The notes under the pieces were generated by a model that did no database searches, was not told the DNA's origin, and saw only the letters and a list, made by a program, of their open reading frames with translations. A stretch of 64,000 nt of DNA from an uncultured Acetobacteraceae bacterium (GTDB lineage: Bacteria > Pseudomonadota > Alphaproteobacteria > Acetobacterales > Acetobacteraceae): the NCBI GenBank assembly GCA_937873225.1, contig CALMVN010000146.1, positions 335 through 64,334 on the forward strand, given 5' to 3'. Numbering within the stretch: the stretch's first letter is position 1; every line of letters begins with the position of its first letter. Positions 58,585 through 64,000 of this stretch are shown here, piece after piece. Made by a program: the position numbers and the translations under genes.

Positions 58585-59182
58585 AACGGCGTTCCAGCAG
58601 GAACAGGGCCTGCTCGCCGAACAGGTTGGCGAGCTGCACCGAACGGCGCCATGGCGCGCGGTCGCCCTTGTCGTCCACCGCCATCCAGCGCCGGATCGCG
58701 TAGCCCTCCTCCGCGCACAGGGCGAAGAAGTCGCGCACCGTGCAGGGATGGATGTTCGGGGTCTCGTACCAGGGCCGGCCCCACACCTCGGTCATCGGCA
58801 TGCGGCCGCGCAGCAGCAGCTGCATCCGCAGGCGCCAGTAGCCGAAGTTCGGAAACGACACCACGGCGTGCCGGCCGATCCGGAGCATCTGGCGCAGCAC
58901 CTCCTGCGGCCGCTCCACCGCCTGCAGCGTGCGGCTCAGCACCACGTAGTCGAACGCGCCGTCGGGGTAGTGCGCGAGGTCGGTGTCGGCGTCGCCGTGC
59001 ATCACCGGCAGGCCGTGCGCCACCGAGCGCGTCACCTCGCCCATGTCGAGCTCGATCCCGCGCGCGTCGCAGTTGCGGGTGCGGAACAGGTGCTCGATCA
59101 AGGAGCCGTCGCCGCTGCCGATGTCCAGCACGCGCGTGTTCGGCTCGATCATCTCCGCGATCAGCTTCTGGTCGAGGCGCAT
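58532..59182 (-). CDS. metW: Methionine biosynthesis protein MetW
   Basis: MRLDQKLIAEMI, VLDIGSGDG, FDYVVLSRTLQ, VSFPNFGYW, GRMPM, WYETPNIH.CT. Adjacent to metX. Confidence 0.95.
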   Translation of the reverse strand: MRLDQKLIAEMIEPNTRVLDIGSGDGSLIEHLFRTRNCDARGIELDMGEVTRSVAHGLPVMHGDADTDLAHYPDGAFDYVVLSRTLQAVERPQEVLRQMLRIGRHAVVSFPNFGYWRLRMQLLLRGRMPMTEVWGRPWYETPNIHPCTVRDFFALCAEEGYAIRRWMAVDDKGDRAPWRRSVQLANLFGEQALFLLERRSSPVSGHGARGRPSPVR

Positions 59183-59191
59183 CCCCGGGGC

Positions 59192-60409
59192 TCAGGCCAG
59201 CCCGGCATGCTCGGCGCATCCCGACAGGAAGCCGCGCACCGTGCGGTCGAAGTCCGGCTCGTCGAGCAGGAACGCGTCGTGCCCCTTGTCGGTCTCGATC
59301 TCGACGAAGCTGACGTTGGCGGCCGCCTTGTTCAGCGCGCGCGCCACCGCCCGGCTCTGCGCGGTCGGGAACAGCCAGTCGGAGGAGAACGACACCACGC
59401 AGAACCGGGTGGACGTGCCGGCGAACGCCGCCGCCAGGTCGCCGCCATGGTCGGCGGCCACGTCGAAATAGTCCATCGCCCGGGTGATGGTCAGGTAGGA
59501 GTTGGCGTCGAACCGGCGCACGAAGCTCGACCCCTGGTGGCGCAGGTAGCTTTCGACCTCGAACATCTCGCCGAACAGGCCGATGCCGGCGCCGTTGCCG
59601 GTGGGTGCTGCCGGGTCGGTGCGGACACGCCGGCCGAACTTCCGGGTGAGCGCCTCCTCCGACAGGTAGGTGATGTGCGCCATCATGCGCGCCACCGCCA
59701 GGCCGCGCGCCGGCACCAGCCCGTCCTGCCAGTAGCGCCCGCCATGCCAGTCCGGATCGGCGAAGATCGCCTGCCGGCTGACCTCGTTGAAGGCGATGTT
59801 CTGCGCCGAATGGAACGAGGCGGTGGCGATCGGCACGGCGGCGAACACCCGTTCCGGGAAGGTCGCGGCCCAGCTCAGCACCTGCATCCCGCCCATGGAG
59901 CCGCCCACGACGGCGAACAGCCGGTCGATGCCGAGCCGGCTCACCACCAGCGCCTGGGCGCGGACCATGTCGCGCACCGTGACCGGCGGGAAGTCGGTCC
60001 CCCAGGGCTCGCCGCCGTCCTCGCTGCGCGCCGAGCGCGGGCCGGTGGAGCCCATGCAGCCGCCCAGCACGTTGATGCACACCACGAAGAAGCGGTCGGT
60101 GTCGATCGGCAGGCCCGGCCCGACCAGCCGGTCCCACCAGCCGGGCTTGCCGGTGACGGGATGGACCTCCGCCACGTACTGGTCTCCGGTCAGCGCGTGG
60201 CAGACCAGGACGGCGTTGTCGGCCGCCTCGCTCAACCGGCCATAGGTGCGGTACGCCATGGTCAGTGGCTTCAGCGTCGCGCCGCATTCCAGCTCCAGCC
60301 CGTCAATGAAGCGGGCGTGCTGGTGTCCGGTCGATTGCGGCGGGTTCTGGTCCATGGGCCCGATCGGTTGCGCCTGCGCGTCCACCGGGACCGAAGGCGG
60401 CGGCACCAT
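59192..60409 (-). CDS. metX: Homoserine O-acyltransferase (MetX family)
   Basis: [17 protein letters not shown]...[15 protein letters not shown], nucleophile GGSMGG, RFDANSY, DWLFP, GHDAFL. Start uncertain (60355, 60409 or 60433). Confidence 0.95.
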   Translation of the reverse strand: MVPPPSVPVDAQAQPIGPMDQNPPQSTGHQHARFIDGLELECGATLKPLTMAYRTYGRLSEAADNAVLVCHALTGDQYVAEVHPVTGKPGWWDRLVGPGLPIDTDRFFVVCINVLGGCMGSTGPRSARSEDGGEPWGTDFPPVTVRDMVRAQALVVSRLGIDRLFAVVGGSMGGMQVLSWAATFPERVFAAVPIATASFHSAQNIAFNEVSRQAIFADPDWHGGRYWQDGLVPARGLAVARMMAHITYLSEEALTRKFGRRVRTDPAAPTGNGAGIGLFGEMFEVESYLRHQGSSFVRRFDANSYLTITRAMDYFDVAADHGGDLAAAFAGTSTRFCVVSFSSDWLFPTAQSRAVARALNKAAANVSFVEIETDKGHDAFLLDEPDFDRTVRGFLSGCAEHAGLA

Positions 60410-60445
60410 GCCGCAGCGAGGCGGTACCGTCACCTTGCCTGGTGC

Positions 60446-61291
60446 TCAAACCGGACCTGCACCCACGACGATCCGGCCCGCCTGGATGGCCGCGGCGGCG
60501 ATCGCGCGGTTGCCGGGACGGTCGGGATCGAACGAGGCGATCGTCATCGCGACCGGATGGGCCCGCGCGCGCAGCCGGTCCAGGCAGGCGCAAAGGTCCT
60601 CGGCGCTCAGCCCGCCGGGCGCCGCGTAGTCGTTCGCCTGTCCCACCGCGGTGTCGAGGCAGTCGAGATCGAGATGCACCATCACGCGCGTGGGCATCCC
60701 GGCGAAGGCATGGTCCAGCTCGCGCGCAAAATCCACCGCCTGCCCGGTCGAGCCGCAGACGGCGCGGATGCCGTGGCGCTCCACCTTGTCGCGCTGGCCG
60801 GGCTCGAAGTCGCGTATGCCGCAGAAGAGCAGCCGGTCGAGCGCAAGCGGCCGGAAGCCCGGCACGCTCGCGGCAAGCCGGTGCCAGCACTGGCCGGCGA
60901 GGGTGGCGACGCCCATGCCGTCGAGATAGCCGCCGGTGGCCTCGTCCGGGGTGTTGAAGTCCGGATGCGCGTCGAACCACGCCACGCCGATGCCGGGGTC
61001 GCCCAGCCCGGCATAGGTGCCGACGCTGGCGTTGCAGTTGCCGGCGAGCACCAGCGGGAACCGATCGGCGCGGACCGCGTCGGCCACCGCGACCGCCACC
61101 CGCCGCATCACCTCGAAGCTGCGGCCGATCTCGCCCTCGTGGCGGTCGACGTCGCCGAGTCCGACCAGCCTCGGCTCGGCGCCGCCGCCGCGCAGCGCGT
61201 CCAGCAGCCCGGCCGCGAGCAGGCGGTCCGGCCCCTTGCCGACGCGCACCTCCCGCATGCCGGCATGGAACGGGGCGACCACGACGTCCAC
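60446..61291 (-). CDS. Arginase/ureohydrolase-family protein with a non-canonical active site
   Basis: GKGP, WFDAHPDFNTP, GM, HLDLDCLD, PGGL are kept. GNCN replaces GDHS, YLDGM replaces LHGM, and ASFDP replaces xEvNP. Start GTG 61291 is approximate. Confidence 0.85.
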   Translation of the reverse strand: MDVVVAPFHAGMREVRVGKGPDRLLAAGLLDALRGGGAEPRLVGLGDVDRHEGEIGRSFEVMRRVAVAVADAVRADRFPLVLAGNCNASVGTYAGLGDPGIGVAWFDAHPDFNTPDEATGGYLDGMGVATLAGQCWHRLAASVPGFRPLALDRLLFCGIRDFEPGQRDKVERHGIRAVCGSTGQAVDFARELDHAFAGMPTRVMVHLDLDCLDTAVGQANDYAAPGGLSAEDLCACLDRLRARAHPVAMTIASFDPDRPGNRAIAAAAIQAGRIVVGAGPV

Positions 61292-61311
61292 GCCGAAGGC
61301 AGCGGGACGGC

Positions 61312-63912
61312 TCAGAACTCTGGCTCCGGCCCGGTGCCGGTGCGCTTGCGCGGCGGCCCCATCAGCGCCGGCTGGAACAGCACGGCGGCGGCCAGGGTGC
61401 AGGCGAGCGCCAGCGCCATCAGCTTGCCCATGCTGGACAGGCCGGGCTGGCTGGACAGCCAGAGCGAGCCGAAGGCGGTGGCGGTGGTCAGGGAGGAGAA
61501 CACGATCGCCCGGGTCAGCGCGGTTTCCAGCAGGTGGGTGGCGCCGGCGCGCCAGGCGGTGATGTAGTAGATCTTGAACGCGACGCCGACGCCCAGCAGC
61601 AGCGGCAGGGCGATGATGTTGGCGAAGTTGAGCGGCTCGCCAATCAGCGACACCAGTTCCAGCGTGACCAGCGCCGCCACCAGCAACGGCAGCAGGGTCA
61701 GCAGCACGTCGCCCAGCCGGCGCAGCGTCACCCACAGGATGGCCGCGATCGACAGCACCGCGACCGCGCCCGCCTCGAGGAAGGCATGCGTCACCGTGCG
61801 CTCCGAACCCACCAGCGCCACCGGCGCGCCGCTCGCCTCCGGCGCCACCGCCAGCACGGCGCGGGCGAAGCGGGCCATGGTCCGGGTGTCGTTGGCGTCG
61901 CCGCGCGGCACCACCTCCACCCGCGCCTGCCCGTCCGGGGCCAGCCAGTCGCGGCGCAGCTCGGCCGGCACGTCGGAGACGCTGGCATGCTCCGGACGCA
62001 GCATGTCGCGCAGCAGCGCGAGATCCGCACGCAGCGGCACCACGAGCGCGGTGGCGGCACGGCGGCGGGTCTCGACGTCCGCCTCCGCCAGCCGCAGGAG
62101 CAGCGGCCGCAGCCGATGGGCAGCCGCACCGGCGTCACCCCCGTCGCGCTCGATCGGCGCCAACCCCGTGGCCGCCTGCCGGATCGCCGCGATGTCGTCG
62201 GCATCGGTCGGCGCCGGCTTGACCTCGCGCGGCATCAGCGCCGGCCCCAGCGGCACCGCCGCGCGCTCCACCAGCGGCAGCTTCGCCGCCTGGTCCGCCG
62301 GCACCAGCACGTCCACCGTCCGCACCTCCGACACCTGCTTCAGGCCACGCAGCCGCTCCGCCAGCGTCCGCGCCGCCGCGAGCGAGGGGGCGGCCACGTT
62401 GATCGCCTGGATGTTCGCCAGCGGGTCGCGCGCCAGCTGGTGGTAGGCGCGCACCGCCGGGGCGTTCGGCGGCTGCATGTGGGTGGCATCGAAATCGAGC
62501 CGGAGCCGAAGCAGCAGCGGCGACGCCAGCAGCACCACGCCGATGGTACCCGCCACCACCGCCACCCGGTGCGCGGCCAGAAACCGGTCCACCGGGGCCA
62601 GCGCCTTGAAGCCGAGCCGGTCCGGCTCGCCCGGCGGCTTGAGCACCGTCAGCAGCGCCGGCAGGAGGGTCAGCGTCATGGTGAACGCGGCCAGCATGCC
62701 GACGCCGGCGATCTGTCCCAGCTCCGCCATGCCGCGATACGCGGTGGGCAGGAACGAGAAGAACCCGGCCGCGGTGCCGGCGGTCGCCAGCAGCAGCGGC
62801 ACCCCGGCCTTGAGCGCCGCTCCCCGCAGCGCCTGGTGCACCTCGTCGTGGTCGTGTCGCTCGGAGCGGTAGCGCACGCTGAACTGGATGCCGAAATCCG
62901 CGCCCAGCCCGACGAACAGCACCGCGAAGGCGACCGAGATCAGGTTGAAGCTGCCGACCATCAGCAGCCCGAGTGCTGCCGTCACCGCGAACCCGGCGCC
63001 GAGGCTCAGCGCCACCGCCAGGATGATCCGCCCCGAGCGCAGCGCCAGCCACAGGATCACCAGCACCGCCAGCGCCGTGCCGAGCAGGGTCCACTTGCTT
63101 TCGCGCTGCAGGGTGGAGAACTGCTGGTCGTTGATCGGCGCGGTGCCGGTCAGCCGCAGGGTGGCGCCGAAGCGGCCGGCGATGTCGGTCCGCGCCGCCG
63201 CCTGCTCGATCGCCGCAGTCGCCGCGTGGCCCGGCTGCAGCGAGTGGGTGTCCAGCACCGGGTCGATCTGGATGAAGCCGCGGCGGCTGTCGGCCGGCTC
63301 CGGGCCGCCCATCAGGGTGCGCCAGGAGAAGCTCGCGAACCGGCCGGCGAACACGTCGTCCAGCGTGTCCGACAGCGCCTGCATCGGCCTGGTCAAGCCC
63401 TCCGGCTTCGCCTGCCCGCCTTCCACCGCCCGCTCGCCGAAGATCAGCGCGCCGGCCGCACCGCGTAGGGTGGGATCGGCGGCCAGCTCCGCGAACAGCG
63501 GCTGCGCGCCGCCGAGCTGCCGCGCGGTCTGCGCCACCTGGGCCGGGCTGCGGAACAGCAGCGCCTCCCGGCGCAGGAACAGGTCGTCCTGCGCCCGGTG
63601 CACCGAGTGGAACCGGTCGTGCTGCGTCGACAGCGCCGCCATCAGGGTTTCGGTGGCGAGGTCGGTCAGCTCCGCCGTCGGCGCCTCCACCACGGCCAGG
63701 ATCGCGCTCGGCGGAAACGCACGCTCGTAGGCGATCTGCGTGCGGCGCCACGGCAGGCTGTCCGGCATGATCCGCATGGTGTCGGTGTTCACCGTCCAGT
63801 GCGTCGCCGCGTAGCTGCCCGCCGCCAGCGTGACGACCAGCGCCAGCACGATCACCACCCAGGGCCGCCGCACCGAGACCCCCACCACGCGCGCGATCGT
63901 CGACTTGAGCAT
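61312..63912 (-). CDS. hpnN: Hopanoid-associated MMPL/RND transporter HpnN
   Basis: RRPWVVI, NLISVAFAVLFVGLGADFGIQFSVRYR, ANIIALPLLLGVGVAFKIYYITAWRAG, TTATAFGSL, SMGKLM; 866 aa. Confidence 0.9.
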   Translation of the reverse strand: MLKSTIARVVGVSVRRPWVVIVLALVVTLAAGSYAATHWTVNTDTMRIMPDSLPWRRTQIAYERAFPPSAILAVVEAPTAELTDLATETLMAALSTQHDRFHSVHRAQDDLFLRREALLFRSPAQVAQTARQLGGAQPLFAELAADPTLRGAAGALIFGERAVEGGQAKPEGLTRPMQALSDTLDDVFAGRFASFSWRTLMGGPEPADSRRGFIQIDPVLDTHSLQPGHAATAAIEQAAARTDIAGRFGATLRLTGTAPINDQQFSTLQRESKWTLLGTALAVLVILWLALRSGRIILAVALSLGAGFAVTAALGLLMVGSFNLISVAFAVLFVGLGADFGIQFSVRYRSERHDHDEVHQALRGAALKAGVPLLLATAGTAAGFFSFLPTAYRGMAELGQIAGVGMLAAFTMTLTLLPALLTVLKPPGEPDRLGFKALAPVDRFLAAHRVAVVAGTIGVVLLASPLLLRLRLDFDATHMQPPNAPAVRAYHQLARDPLANIQAINVAAPSLAAARTLAERLRGLKQVSEVRTVDVLVPADQAAKLPLVERAAVPLGPALMPREVKPAPTDADDIAAIRQAATGLAPIERDGGDAGAAAHRLRPLLLRLAEADVETRRRAATALVVPLRADLALLRDMLRPEHASVSDVPAELRRDWLAPDGQARVEVVPRGDANDTRTMARFARAVLAVAPEASGAPVALVGSERTVTHAFLEAGAVAVLSIAAILWVTLRRLGDVLLTLLPLLVAALVTLELVSLIGEPLNFANIIALPLLLGVGVAFKIYYITAWRAGATHLLETALTRAIVFSSLTTATAFGSLWLSSQPGLSSMGKLMALALACTLAAAVLFQPALMGPPRKRTGTGPEPEF

Positions 63913-64000
63913 GCGCGGTCCGATCCCTGGCCGAAAGTTCCGTACGGCAAGCCGCCCGGCCGCCCGTGCCGCGGGCTTGCGCGACCGGCGTCCGGTCTAC

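Noticed and set aside
60410-60445. SAM-II riboswitch upstream of metX
   Set aside because: The gap is too short and I see no match to the motif.
58565-61567. Very long opposite-strand or alternate-frame ORFs (this 1000-aa one; also 11869..14799, 20715..23645, 34673..37102, 49808..52228 and many more)
   Set aside because: They are shadows of real genes. High GC makes stops rare, the translations are Arg/Gly/Ala/His-rich, and they have no recognisable motifs.

Overview
A very GC-rich window (roughly 70% GC by eye) from a bacterial chromosome. Gene content (tal-pgi fusion inside a pentose-phosphate operon, hpnN, metXW, GGAAC-N17-GTT promoters, a GAAC-N7-GAAC box) points to an alphaproteobacterium, probably Acetobacteraceae; this is inference. 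About 55 genes are supportable. They include: the end of a peptide ABC ATPase; two divergent regulator/oxidoreductase pairs; a nine-gene pentose-phosphate operon (tkt, tal-pgi, gnd, zwf, two Cof HADs, pgl, rpiA, gntK); S10 and S53 secreted peptidases; an RND pump; NDH-2/MBL/glgX/treZ/treY; hisC; modABC-NUDIX; thiM; a large hypothetical protein with a novel internal repeat; a frameshifted mscS coupled to a 2OG-Fe dioxygenase; a PAS-GGDEF-EAL plus BLUF pair; an APC permease; metW/metX; a non-canonical ureohydrolase; and hpnN. I recognised no rRNA, tRNA, CRISPR array, transposase or integrase. The strongest signals lie outside the ORF track. First, four GGAAC/GCAAC-N17-GTT general-stress (EcfG-type) promoters: one sits before an unannotated 40-aa membrane peptide and one is a perfect palindrome between divergent operons. 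Second, an alphaproteobacterial LexA box precedes an unknown 83-aa protein. Third, a repeated 40-aa module is joined to a GT61-like domain. Fourth, twin long palindromes lie between modA and thiM. All family calls come from motif recognition by eye; no database search was run. Many start codons were re-chosen from the ORF track and are approximate.
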